Source: Spizellomyces punctatus DAOM BR117
Lineage: Eukaryota
Assembly (NCBI GenBank): GCA_000182565.2
Contig: KQ257457.1
DNA: 64,000 bases
Strand: one strand, 5' to 3'
Shown here: one piece after another, positions 49,124 to 64,000 of the stretch
Layout: each line of letters opens with the position of its first letter
How positions within the stretch are numbered: the stretch's first letter is position 1
Position numbers and translations under genes: made by a program
The notes under the pieces: generated by a model
Told to the model about the DNA's origin: nothing
The model's database searches: none
The model's input: only the letters and a program-made list of their open reading frames with translations

Positions 49124-49409
49124 CGTTATAGCGCGTCCACCGAAAGCACACCAAGTCGGCGAATATCCAGACTATACTCTTTCAGTTAGCAACAAAACTC
49201 AAATTCCAATACATACGACAATCTCAGATCGCGCCATCTCACCTATTTTGCTCCAATGCGAACAAAACTGCTGAAGGAGCGAGTTCCTGGGATGGCAGGG
49301 GGACAAGGTAAACTGTGCCATCGTAGCGTGGCACAGACCATCACGTGAGCTAGGAATGCATGAAATGGACCTCTGCAGGATCGTCTCTCGAGAAAGAAAA
49401 CCAATAACC

Positions 49410-52400
49410 ATGGAAGAGTCATCGAACGGAAATGTGCACACCGGAGAGACGAAAGAGCCGGGGACGCCGCCGATTGCCATTGCGCCGACGGAAGAATTAC
49501 TAGATCTTGATGAGGAGCGGAAGCCGCTGACATCAGCGACAAGGAATGTATCTACTCCGTTAGCAGACGTACCACGTCCAGAGTCTGCTAGCGCTGGAAA
49601 GATGGACCGTCTTGAGAAACTTCGTATTAAGACTCAGAAAAATCCTTGGGATGCGGATTCTTGGCAAGCCATGCTTGCAGAGTCGCAACAGCGAGGTGAT
49701 GTGGATCTTATTCGGGAGACTTACGAGGTGCTACTCCGGCAGTTTCCCACTTCAGTAAGCAGTCAACCACCAGTGCCTTTCGAATCCAGTGTTTGCCGCT
49801 CAACTTCTCCCCCGCCTCTTCATAGGCAAGATACTGGATAGCATACGCTGAATTTGAGCAAAAGCAGCGTGCGTTCGATAGGATGGAAGCCATCTTTGAG
49901 CGCTGTCTCCGCTTGGTGCCATCTGTGGAATTGTGGAAATTCTATCTAACTCATGTGCGGCGGGTTCACACTGGGGCGGGTGGTCCTCCTGAAAAGAAGC
50001 AAGAAGCTCGGGCGAAGGTGTTGAAGGCGTATGAGTTCGTGCTTCAAAATGTTGGTGTCGATAAGGAAGCCGGGTTTATATGGAGCGACTATATTCAATT
50101 TATCAAAGCAGGAGAGGTAAGTTGGCGAATATTCCTATCTGTGCATGATCAAACTATTCTTTTCGGAAACATTGGGTCACCTATCGGTTCGCTTGTTGGT
50201 TTGTGCATATTTGGAAACAATATATCCTTGATTATCAATCCCCATTTTTTGGCTGTCCTACTTTCCATGTTTCTGCGGGATTATGGTGAAGATGTGTCCA
50301 CTCGCGATATTTGTATATGGCGTCTGTTCGGAAGGGTGGAATGCTTCTGATGAAGCCGTTGCTCTCAACGGTATCATACATCGCCCCGGGTTTCCTTAAG
50401 GATTGGTCTTTGCTCTATGATCAAAGAGTCTGCTTTGATGTTGGGTTTTATGAACTCAGGAAACCCGTCCTAATCCAGCAATTCGGCAGCATGATATTTT
50501 GTAACCAAACTTTTCCATTCAATTGCCCTTCCGCAGACATCCTCGATTTACGAAGACCAGCAGAAGATGGACTCACTGCGACGAGCATACCATCGAGCCA
50601 TTTGGATACCGTTAACGAACATTGAGCAGATTTGGAAAGACTACGATGCCTTCGAAAATGGCCTTAATAAGTTGACGGTATGGCACGACCCTGAATAGTG
50701 GAACCAGATTTAATTGCCATTCCTCATATTCTGCGGCAATCCACAGGCCAAAAAGTTTCTGTCCGAGAAGTCAGCGGGATACATGACGGCCCGCACCGCT
50801 CTACGGGAGGTGAAGAATCTATTAGATCCCATTGATAAAGCACAAAAGTTATGGATGGCCAAACCACCTTCATGGACTGAGAAGGAGCTACAAATTGTAC
50901 GTTAGTAAAGAGGATATTTTCGTTGAATGAAGTCACTAACCTTGTCGGGTCCAAGCTTGCCGCTTGGAAGAGATTGATTGCATGGGAACGATCAAACCCT
51001 CTTCGTCTCGATGACAGAGGAGCTTGGATTAATAGAGTCGTGTATGCGTACAAATCCGCCTTACTGATGTTGAGACATTATCCTGAGATATAGTAAGATG
51101 GTACGCGTGCATTGATTCGCAGAGCTTCTAAACTAAGAACGGTTCGTTCCGGATTTCAGTTACGACGCTGCGTCCTTTCTCAAGGAAGTGGGCAGAACGG
51201 ATGAAGCTGCCACGATGCTCCGATCAGGTATTGACACTCTTCCAACCAGGTATGGTCGATGAAGTGGTTTCTCGAACGGATACCCGTTAAACCTCAGATT
51301 GTAGTCTTCTCTTGAACCTTTCCTTCGCCGAGCTGGAGGAATCTCGTAAAAAGGATATGAACGAACTCCAAAAGATCTTCGATACCTTGATTTCGCACTT
51401 GGAACTGAGACTGGATGAGATCAACGCAAAGTACGACGCAGAAAGGGATAGGCTGATGGCCGGTATGAGCAAAGATGAAGAAGCCGGTGGGCCGGATGAC
51501 TGGGATGGGGAGAGAAGAGAACGAGAGAGAGAGAAACTGAAAGAAAAACAGAAGGAAGTTGAACAAAAAGTGGACGAGAGGCGAAAGAAGGAGTTGGAAA
51601 ATACCAAGAAGGCTCTTAGTCTTGTGTGGATAGTATATATGAGGACAGCTCGAAGGGCACAGGTTTGCAGCAGCTTGTGGAGTCAAGGGCATACACTATA
51701 TGCTGAAACCTTATCCCAAACAGAATGTCAAAGCATCTCGGGCAGTGTTTAGCAGAGCAAGAAAGTCAGCGCACTGCACATACCATATTTGGGTGGCGGG
51801 TGGTATGTCGTCCTTCTCGTACTCGTTTTGGGAAACTGGTTTTAGGTATACCCGCTGACGCACACTTCTGAGGGCAGCTTTAATGGAGTACTACAGCAAC
51901 AAAGACCGTGACGTTGCTGGAAGAATGTTTGAGGTCGGCCTGAAAACGTTCGCGCCGGCCGATGACCCACAGGCACCTGATTTCATCCTCAATTATCTGG
52001 ATTTTCTGATCAATCTGAATGACGAAAATAGTTGAGTGTCCGATTGCGAGATTGGCAGCAACGGATGACAATTTTGGGAAGCACCACGTTGACCAGATGA
52101 CTTCTTATATTCAGATACACGCGCGTTGTTCGAACGAGCTCTGTCGGCCCTACCATCAGCCCGTGCTAAGCCAATATGGGCCAAGTTCCTATCGTACGAG
52201 ATGTCATACGGGGACCTTGCGAATGTTTTAAAAATTGAGAAGCGTCGAGCTGATGCATATCCAACCGGTATGCGCGCTTTCTATTTCCGGCATTTGCACG
52301 CCGCGATGGTAACAGTTTTTGTTCCTATAGAGCAAAAGAACTCTTTGTCTTCTCTCTCAGACATAGCAGAGCGGTGGGGCTTCTTGGACATTGACCAGGT

Positions 52401-53490
52401 CGGAGAATTTGAGCTGGGACTGCCAGGTACAGGAGTCGAGGAAATCAAATTCAGAGATATGCAATGTATAAAGGCTCACTCGCAATGCAATCAGCCCAAC
52501 GCGCGTTCGAAAAGAAAACTCCGGGAATGACTGGACTACCTTTGTCTGCCACGAACCCGCTCTCTGGCATGCAAATGTCGAAATCTGAAGATCGGGCGGC
52601 TCAGCGAAAATTCCAAAGTTTAGAGCCAGTTCACCCAGAACGGTACCCAAGACCTGACCTGAATAAGTGGTCGTCCTATAAACCCGAGCCAGCTGCTTTG
52701 AAACCGCCAGCTGCATTTGGTGCTGGAGGATCCCCTGCTCCTACTGCCAGCCCCAGTCTAGCAGCTGGAGTGCCATCGCCTGCCCAGGTGACTGGAATTT
52801 CCGGATCGAGATTAGCGATGGTGCCAGAGGCCATCGCGACATTGATGTCGGTTCTCCCTCCCTCGTCCTTATACAATGGTATGTAACTGATTTCGATGAT
52901 GTTATCCATCTGGTCTCCCTTGACCTTTACTTGTTGCGCAGGACCTATCCTCCCAATTAATGATATTCTTGAACTATTCCGCCAAATACCTTTGCCCATC
53001 CCCTCGGTGCCTCCAAAAATGGTTCCACTCCAACCTAGTGTCCAGGGATCCAGTTCATCGGGTCCAACGTCTGATAGGCAATTGCCGCCGTTCGACCGGC
53101 AACGAGGGTACGGAGATCGCAACTATGGCAGGGATAGGACTAAGGATGAAAAGGGTGGTTCTAGAGGCAGAGGACGGGTAAGATGTTGTGTGTAAGGTGA
53201 ACTCCGTCGTAGGAGTCACCAACTGATGCTTTGACTTCTAGGGTGGGCGGTTTGATGGTGGACGGAGCAGCGTGAAACGCAGGGGAGGCTTTGACGAGGA
53301 TCAAGCATACGACGGTAAGCATGAAAAGGAAAGAGTGAGCCTTATGAATCACGGATGGTAATCATTCACATTTTCTGACCCATGTATTGAACTAGGGCCA
53401 ACGCACATCAATCGGCCACCCGAGAATGACATCTTCCGAGCTCGTCATCAGTTTAAACGTTTCCGGGAAAGTGCCGGATCTGATACATAG
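49410..53490 (+). CDS. RNA14: CstF-77/Rna14 cleavage-polyadenylation factor (HAT repeats)
   Basis: [85 protein letters not shown]. Confidence 0.92.
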
Positions 53491-53726
53491 TGCATTTATT
53501 TTAGCCAAATTGCCACTCCTCTATCATGCGTCTCGTAATTGCACGAATTTGGGATGGGCGTAAATGTCTATGAGCGCGGGACAGTGGATGCTATCGCCAT
53601 ATTTAGCAAACAATCACACATCTTAAAACAACAACTATTGTACAGAAAGAGAACGCCAGGGATATTTGCTAATCCTCCGTTCTCTTGGCAAAGCTAATAC
53701 GATATGGAATATTTATTACTTTGTTT

Positions 53727-54539
53727 CTATTGCTCCATTGTGTCCTCCAATTCCTCAAACTTTCCATCATACCAATGACATGTAATTTTGACTTGGAAAT
53801 CTGCTTGCTGAATGTAAAAGTGTTTCTAAAATTTGACGTGAGTCAAATAGGAGTATGTACGAAAAGGTGCTACCGATAAAACTTACCAACAATTGTGCCT
53901 GATCTGGAGTCAACACGTCACCTGCCTTACAGATTGTATATTCACTTCTCAGTGTCACAACCCCATTAACGAGCGATGTGGGCATTCCCAAAGCCCTCAA
54001 TTGGGGCTCCATATTGTGCGGAAACCCCTCTTCTCCTCGCATCACCTTCCCTTCTGGTAGTTGCACTGTTTCCGTCGCGACACACCCCGACCGAGCATAA
54101 TCTGCCTTAACATAATCATCAAAGAACTTCTTCACGTCCTCCGGTCCTTCATTAGAAAACAATAGCCCAACGTCTCCCACTAATCTCTCGGAAATAAGAT
54201 GCAATCCTTCTCGTTCCTCTTCCTCAGCCGTGGTCCCGAGCGCCTTGGCCATGACTTTATTTCTGCCAAAGAAGAAGCGGTCATTGGACCGTTCGGCACG
54301 GACATCTTTCAGGAAGGTGTTCCGCATATTTGCAACCGAAAAGACGTAGATGTGAGAGTGTGTTGTGAGAGCTGTATGTATGGATTCTACTAGGGCAGTT
54401 TTGTGTAGCCGCGTTTTCTTCTCAGTTTTCGCGAGGTGCACTAGTTATTCGTTCGGTGAGTTAGCTTCGCTAGTACCCCGTGTAAGCGGGAAAAGGGTGT
54501 GTGTGACTTACCGACTTTTGCGCGCTTTGACTTTGGCAT
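53727..54539 (-). CDS. MRT4: Ribosome assembly factor Mrt4
   Basis: MPKSKRAKV|VHLAKT, NMRN, FFFGRNKVMAKALG, HNMEPQLRALGMPT. Confidence 0.93.
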
Positions 54540-55327
54540 GTTGAGGGTGTGGTTAAACTGAAAGGTGAATTGCGAAGCGGAATGGAAAATAAACAAAATG
54601 CTGCAAGCGCAAGTGTGTTGCTGCAAACCCCACAATCGCTGCAAAAACAAAAATATTTCAGAAAGATTCACATTTCATCATAAATTGGAATTGTAAACGG
54701 GTGCCTAAGCATTCTGGCATATCATTCGAATGCGTTTTGTATGGCATTACATAATCTTTTCTGGGATCATTGGAATGTCAAATCATTCAACCTGATTTTT
54801 GAATGTGTTCATTCGTTCGTTCAAGCAGGGAGACTGGTAACCCTCCTTCATTCCTTGGATACCGAACCCTTCCCACGGCGTCGTCCATCAGCCCTATCCT
54901 CAAATAGAGGGTGTATTTCCTCCAGCCGGAAGTTACGATCGGATCGTATAGGCATTTACGTTTGGACGGACGGACTGCGTAGTGTGGAATAGCTGCCGAC
55001 CAACGTTGACCTGACGCTCACAGCAAGGACGGCTTCAACTCGATAAGCAAACTGTTCATATATACCGTTGAAGCGCTCTTATTTCTGCAAGTCCTTTGGG
55101 AATGTTCATGCCATTCCGAACCGCCACTCTTAATTGCAAGTAGAGCTATTTACAGTTCTCTTACTGGACGAGATATAAATAGGTCTCAGAGTCGTCCGCG
55201 ACAAGGACCTTCGATCGTTCCCTTGGGGTTTTACGCTTTGTAATAGCATCATTCTGACAGCGGTGCCTGTTTTGGAAAGTTCCGTCGGAGTCCAAGAAAA
55301 AGATAAAATTCCCCGGTATTGGTATTT

Positions 55328-55347
55328 CCCCCCCCCCCCCCCCCCCC
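55328..55347. repeat. C20 homopolymer (G20 on minus strand)
   Basis: Direct read. Confidence 0.9.
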
Positions 55348-55499
55348 ACCGTTCCCCGCCCATCATCAAGAAGATTGGTATCTGAATTCTCGCAGTCGTG
55401 CAATCAATATGAAGCAATTTGATCCCTTTGTCTCCCATCCTACAACCATACAACGTACCTGTTCTCTGCTACGTGCCAGCATTTGCGCTCTTTTCCGCC

Positions 55500-57825
55500 A
55501 TGCCTCACCATCAAAGTCCTTATGTGAAGACTCGACCGAGTATGGGTCAACCACGTCAAACCCCGCTTAATGAGACACTCCCGCAGCATCCCGGCAAGTC
55601 GGTAAATGTCCCAAGAGACCTGGTTGAAGCTGGTCTCCACACTAAATACACCAGCGCCGTCTTTGAACGTCGGATTGAATTCCGCGAGGTTCGAAAGCCG
55701 GATATTGTTCAAGATGCTCTCCGTCGAAAATATAAGCCCATCAATCTAGAACGTTGTCCAACGGAATTGAAAGTCTCAGCGGGCGGGCCCTCCTCAGTCG
55801 CTCTCAAGGTAGACGCGAAGGCTGATGGAGATCCGTTAGAACCTCCTCCTCGAGTTCTCTTCGACAAGCGGTTACTCCAGCACCAGTGGCTCAAATTTTG
55901 GGCGGCCGGTCCTGGCCTATACAACACCGGCACTTACTGTTATATGAATGCCGCTCTGCAGCCGCTCATCCACACTCGTCTGTTTGCTAACGCTTGTATC
56001 GACAAGCTGCATAGTAAAACCTGTAAGTCTCACCTTCATGGTGGATGCCGGCCAAAGACCGTCCTGCTGATACTGTACTCATCAATCTCGCAGGTCGAAT
56101 GTCAGGCGCTTGCTTTCTCTGCAAGCTCGAAGAGTATGTCATTCAGAATTGTGTCGCTGCAGAGGGTCGCTCAAGAAACGCCGTTCTGAATCCCACATAT
56201 TTCACAAAGAATATTAAATGTAAGTAGTTGCCAATCCGTACGCCCCTCTTGTCAATATAATCTAAAATCGATCTTTCAAGTGATCTGCCGGGACTTTAGA
56301 TATGGAAAGCAGGAAGATGCTCATGAGTTCCTGAGATGTCTGATGGACAAGTTTCAGGACTCTTGCCTTAAGGGCATGAAAAAGTAAGTCCATCACAGTG
56401 ACCATTTGGTTTACGTAGATGAGCTCACAGGACAATATTGTTGAGCAGCCTAGATCACCGAACAAAGACCACTACACTCATCCACCAAATATTTGGTGGT
56501 TATACCCGTTCACAAATACGATGTTCCCAGTGCCAATACAAGTCCAACACTTATGAGCCAATGTTGGACATGAGCTTGGAAGTCTGTTCATCCCTTCAAA
56601 AAGCCTTCGCATTACACACGAAAACGGAAAAACTTGACGGCGATAATAAATACAAATGTGACAGGTAAGGTTCGCGATGTTTCTGTTCGTTTGTCAGGTT
56701 CTGAATAATGACCGTATGTCAATTCGGCATGCTGGCAGATGTAAAAAGCTGGTCGATGCTCAGAAACGGATCTCCATTGAAGTAGCACCGGAAGTCTTGA
56801 CCGTTCAGCTGAAACGGTTTGACGTCTTTGGGAGGGGGAAAAATAACACCAAGGTTGAGTTCCCCGAGTACCTTGACCTCACGGCGTCCATGACCTCCAG
56901 ACAGGTATGTGCGTGTTGGGTGTGCAGAGCATCATACCAACCGGATGAAGCTCATCTGTCTATCCTGCAGCAACGGACGAGATACCAGCTTTATGCCATG
57001 ATTGCTCACCATGGCTCATCACCCAATCATGGACACTACACTGCCTTTGCCAAGGACCCCAACGGCACATGGCATTATTATGACGACGAGGATGTTACAC
57101 AGACCAAGTTAGAGTCCGTATTAGAAAAAAAGAGCCAAGCATATATGCTGTTTTACGCATTGCTGCATGAGGAGCAGGCACCCGAGGCAGGCGCAGCGGG
57201 GAAGACCAAGAGAGCAGAGAAAGAGCGGCCGGTCAGTAAACCTCAGCGCGACGACATGGGAGTGAAGATCAGCAGGGAAGAAGCAATGAAGAAGAGAAAG
57301 AAGACGGCGTCGCCTCCGGCGATCGCCAAGAATATATCAAAGGTTTCTCACGCTGAGCGGTCGTCGCCGCCGAAACCACAGGCACCAGCATCAATAGCAC
57401 CAACACCCGCAACATCAGTAACGACCTCAAACACCCCATCCACTATCCCATCGTCCGCACTCAAGCCCGCATCCTCACCAAAGCGGCGTCGCTCAACTGA
57501 TGAGGACGACAACTTGACGGTTCAGGACCTGGTCGACCCTGCAAAACCGTCATCCAAGCGCTCAAAGACCAGCCCTCCCCCGGCTGTTCCGGCGGACATT
57601 CCACATCCCATACCCCTTGATAACCAATATAACGCACCCATTGCTCAATGGGGCGGGCTGGACGTGCACATGGAGCGTGTCCGGCGGGACCGGGTGTTGG
57701 ACCTTTCGAAACCCAAATTGAAACGTCCAGCAAGGGACGAATTGGAGTATGATATAGGACGGGTAAAGAAGGTCAAGGTGAAGAAAGAGGGTAACGGGAC
57801 TTTTGGAATGAAGAGGGGCGTATAG
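55500..57825 (+). CDS. Ubiquitin-specific protease, USP36/42-like
   Basis: GLYNTGTYCYMNAALQ (Cys box), QEDAHEFLR, IHQIFGG, QLKRF, HHGSSPNHGHY, YYDDE, tail LEYDIGRVKKVK. Confidence 0.88.
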
Positions 57826-58144
57826 ATGGTGGAGCAAGAGCAATTTGTTGTCGGTAGTTTTTTTTATGTTTGTTTTGGTCCATCTGTCATTCAGTAGTAG
57901 TCAATAGTACACGCTCGGCGTCAAACCCATTCAAAAACGAGGTCAATTTTATTCATCGCGCATTTCACTGCACCCATTATAGGGTCATTTCAATCCATTA
58001 TAATATAACAGGCTCATGTTGGAAGTATCAAAGAGAAAGTGAATTCACCAAAACTTCACCAGCCCATTTTTCTTCAGTCTATGCACATTCTCCCACCATA
58101 CCCCCGTTCCTGTCGCTCTAGAATCCCCCTGTAGACGGATACTC

Positions 58145-59571
58145 TTACGCGAGTCCAGCGTCCTTCATAGCCTGTACAGATTTTGGATATTAATTGTAGG
58201 GCGACACATTTTTAACCATCGATAATGACACGGACCTTTTCCATATATACGCCAAGTTTTGCAGGAGAAGCAGATACGACAACGCCCGCCGCTTCCAAGG
58301 CAGCGACCTTGTCTTCTGCCTTACCCTTCCCACCCGCAATAATGGCACCAGCGTGACCTACAGAATTTGAGTAACATTAGGCCATGTCCTTGAGCGCGGT
58401 GTTCAACGTTCCAACATTCACACACCCATTCGCCGGCCGGGAGGAGCGGTACGTCCAGCAATGAACGAGACAACAGGCTTTGGCTGGTCACGCGACAAGT
58501 TGTGCTTTTTCAAGAACTCGGCAGCCTCCTCCTCAGCAGATCCACCAATCTCACCAATGAGGATAATGCCCTCTGTCTCCGGGTCGTTCAGGAACAGAGT
58601 CAAACAATCAACAAAGTTGGTTCCGTTGAATGGGTCACCACCAATACCGATGCAGAGAGATTGACCAAGACCAACAGCGGTGGTTTGCGCGACGGCTTCA
58701 TACGTTAGGGTACCCGATCGTGAAACAATACCAATCTTGCCCTTTTGGTGAATGTGGCCAGGCATAATGCCAATTTTGCATTCGCCAGGTTTGATGATTC
58801 CAGGACAGTTGGGACCGATGAGGCGCGTTTTATCCTGGTTTTTGAGGACCTTCATAACGCGGACCATGTCCTGTTGAGGAATACCCTCCGTGATAGCGAC
58901 AACTAATGGGATCTCAGCTTCGATGGCTTCAATGATGGCAGCGGCGGCACCAGGTGGTGGGACATAGATCACGGACGCGTCCGGCTTGGCTTCTTGCATG
59001 GCCTACACTAATGTAAGTCCAAGAGCTGTAGCCAAAGATATACAGGCTATGTCTCACCTCTTTGGCAGAAGCAAAAACAGGAAGACCCAAATGGGTGCTT
59101 CCAGCCTTTTTGGGGTTAACACCACCAATCAGGTTTGTGCCATACTCAAGAGCCTGTTTTGAGTGGAACGTGCCCTATCACATCACAAAGCTACAGTCAG
59201 CACGCCCGTTACATTTCCACTACCGCCCATTTCCAATGATTCACTAGAGCCCTCGGTTCGTTTCCTCACCTGCTTTCCAGTGAAACCCTGCGTGAGAACC
59301 TTCGTGTCCTTGTTGATAAGCATGTTCATTACGGTTTTGTCGTATACACCTGGCCCCGCGGACACAGTGTAGGAGCGAGCGAGAGCTAAAAAGGTAGTGG
59401 AAGCAAGGGAGTCAGCTTCGATTAACCAACAGCGCCAACCCATAGCTATTCAATCGTCTCGTTGGCAAGGCGATGCCTTCCAATGCCACAATTAACCGTA
59501 CGCGTCTTCATACCGGATTTCGACAACCGCATAGAGCGGACCATCATCCCGCAGGTTCTGATTCCGACCAT
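58145..59571 (-). CDS. LSC1: Succinyl-CoA ligase alpha subunit
   Basis: [62 protein letters not shown]. Confidence 0.95.
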
Positions 59572-60190
59572 TTTTGTTACGAACGGGAGAGTGGACTTGT
59601 GTTTAGCAAACAGGAAATGGACAGTGTGGAAAGCCTGTCCCTCGGTTGAAAATTGTGGCGGGATGAACTCGAGAACAGCCGCTGTTTCCTCGCACTTGCT
59701 GCACGCCAGCGGATTGGCGAGTTGTCATGGCAGCATCATTCGAATGTGGATATTCACGTGCAATTCTGTAGCACGTGACTTTTTTCAATTGGCTCCTTCT
59801 TTGCACAGCCCCTTCTGCCTCTCCGCTTTGTCAATCCCCCCTTCGCCACCCCACCACCCAACCACACCTTGGCCACAGCTACGCGCGCCCCGCCCTTACT
59901 CATCACCTTCTACCCATCTCACCTTCTCAACCATCTACTCTTTGTTGGTGTGTGGACCGGGCAAGACAGCAAGCAGGACGTGTTTGGTACGCTCTCTGTG
60001 AGTAAGGTTCATCAGCCACACGCTTCATCTGGTGCGGAAAGGGCCCTGGTGTTTCCGGCGGACGTCGGAAAGGTAAGGACGAAATGTGTTTTATTTCCTG
60101 TCTGCAGCCTTAGCTTACAGTCCCAGGACGCAACATTCTTGTAGACAACATTCTGATAACCTCCCGCACGAGAATATCATATATCCGAAC

Positions 60191-61941
60191 ATGGCTGTAT
60201 GTGAGAGGCGGAACTTTCGGGGCTTTTTCACTTGTACGCTGACGCACGCCGATCACTTATACTTGTGTTTTCCACAGGATACTTCAACGCACACCACGAC
60301 ATCTTCTTCGATAGAAGACGCAGTGTCTGCACAAGATATACAAAGACTTTCCGAGTCGCAACAGCCCCCCTCGCTATCTCCGAGCCAGCCAACTGCGGAG
60401 TCCCTTTCAACACAATCGGCTCCTTCATTGGCCTCTCCTGGTTCAACATCAGTTCCTGCTGCGCCTACCACTCCTGGACAAGGAAACGGGATGGGACTTC
60501 CCCCTCTGTTTGATAACATGAACTCTGCTCTGTTTATGAGAGCTGCCCAAGCCATTCAAGGATTGGCCGCCCAGGCATTCACTTCCCAGCCCTCCGGAAA
60601 CACCACCCCGCACATTCCGGTGCCCCACCCTCCTCTAACTAGTCCTGCTCCACAAGTGGATACCAATGCCGCCACAATAGATAAAGGCAAAGAAACTCCG
60701 CGACATGAAGGTGCACCAAGCAGTGAATCATCTCCGACTGCCAATCCTCTGACATCTGTTCACGACGAGGCTACTCGCATGCTTCTTGCACCATTTGCCA
60801 ATAACCCCGCGGCTGCAGCCAACAGCCTATTACTGTTGAGCAGTACCGCTGCTGCTGCCAACGGAGGGAAACCCCCAGAGAACGCACCCGCACCACCAAA
60901 TGGTGCTGCCGCCGCGGCGCAATTGGCGGCATTATACCCACAATTGGCTGCAGCTGCAGCTCTGGACCCTTTTGCAGCCGTCATGGCCCGTGCCCATTTG
61001 GCACTCGCTGGTGCGGCTGGCTTCCCACATTTCCCTTATCCTCTTCCAACGCAGCTCCTACATGACGCGGCCATGGCTGCAGCTGCAGCTGCATCCGACG
61101 CAGCGAAACACAATGAAAACAATAACTTACATTCGCCAAATTCGCCTAATCATGGCTCCAATCAATCAGACCCTGCAATGGCGGCTCTACAAAATGTAAC
61201 TCCCGGAAAAGATGGAAAATTTATATGTGAGATGTGCGATCGTAGTTTTAGCAGGTACGTGTTATTAGCATGTATATGAGTCAAAGCTGAACTCTCACGC
61301 TTGGGTCCTCTATCTAGGATGTACAACCTAAAATCCCACATACGGACACATCAGAACCACCGACCTTACATTTGCAATACTTGTGACTTGCGTTTCACCA
61401 GGTGCGTTACCACTTCGAGTGTGCAGGTGATATAGTCATTTTGCTGATCCGTCGATATACTATTAGAAATCATGACTTGAACCGACATTTGAAAACGCAT
61501 TCAAAGGAGAAACCCCATATTTGTGACTGCTGTGGCCGTAAATTCGCCAGGTAGCCTAGTTGTATTGACCCTGTGTGAAGAGAACTTTTGCTAATGCATT
61601 TTAACGACAGACGAGATGCTTTGAGACGACACGAAAGAATGGATGCGGAAGGCAAAAAAGTCCATTGCGTTGTCAGTGGCGGGTCGCAAGATTCACAAGC
61701 CAATGCCGCCGCTCATGCGGCCGCCGTCGCCCAAATGCTTCAGAACGGTCCCGTTCAAGAGGCGTTGCATGCTGCGTTAGTGGCTGCTCAAGGCGGAGGG
61801 TCGTCTGGACAGTCACCTTCGGCGCAAGCGCAGGTCCAGGCCGCAGCACAGGCAGCTATTGCTGCCGCTCAAGCTCAAGCTCATGCTCAAGCTCAGGCGC
61901 AAATGGTGCACGCGGCCGGGTCGTCGGCTAACAGGTCTTGA
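60191..61941 (+). CDS. C2H2 zinc-finger transcription factor (three fingers, Ala/Gln-rich)
   Basis: CEMCDRSFSR|MYNLKSHIRTH, RPYICNTCDLRFTR|NHDLNRHLKTH, EKPHICDCCGRKFAR|RDALRRH; likely ATG-GCT-gtatgt first coding exon. Confidence 0.85.
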
Positions 61942-62161
61942 GCAAGTCGGGGGCATTTTACTAGCTAATAGGCGACTACTGCTGCTTGTGGTGGATGAAA
62001 TGAAGTCATTGTATATAATGTCCGTTACAGAATATTTGTCATCATTTTTTTTTTTGCCTGATTTCCAAGATCTAACTATGATTTAGTTCCATATAATTAC
62101 ACTAGTTGGTCATACAAACCATGTAAACAAAATCCATTCAATGTTCATATCCCAACGTTAT

Positions 62162-64000
<1,839 letters not shown>

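Noticed and set aside
50222-50400. U12-type signals (ATATCCTT at 50222, TTTCCTTAAG at 50391) inside the RNA14 intron
   Set aside because: No suitably placed AC acceptor after the branch-like motif; likely chance.

Overview
Gene-dense eukaryotic (fungal) genomic DNA with many short GT-AG introns. It is most likely a Spizellomyces-type chytrid, inferred from the Fanzor protein. Host genes include an AIFM2-like oxidoreductase, a PH-domain protein, Dicer, an EST1/SMG7-like protein, a SnoaL protein, a Cdc3-like septin, LCMT1/PPM1, a macrodomain protein, F-box/LRR, a FYVE-less FAB1-like kinase, F-box/ankyrin, a uridine-kinase-like protein, HEN1, AASDH, ZNF207, RNA14, MRT4, a USP36-like protease, LSC1, a C2H2 factor and GUT1. 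The standout is an intronless ~2 kb Fanzor1 element (eukaryotic TnpB/Cas12-related RNA-guided nuclease, minus strand, ~41752-43713). It has an intact RuvC D/E/D triad and a structured omega-RNA-like right end followed by a flank-derived guide. An exact 13-bp direct repeat flanks the element. This repeat puts a CATA TAM plus 11 nt of the guide target at the left junction and restores the AASDH start codon. The Fanzor ORF has no in-frame ATG, the right end shows tRNA-spaced A/B-box-like motifs, and the insertion sits at the edge of the HEN1/AASDH divergent promoter. Gene boundaries were read by eye and are approximate; family calls rest on motif recognition, not database searches.
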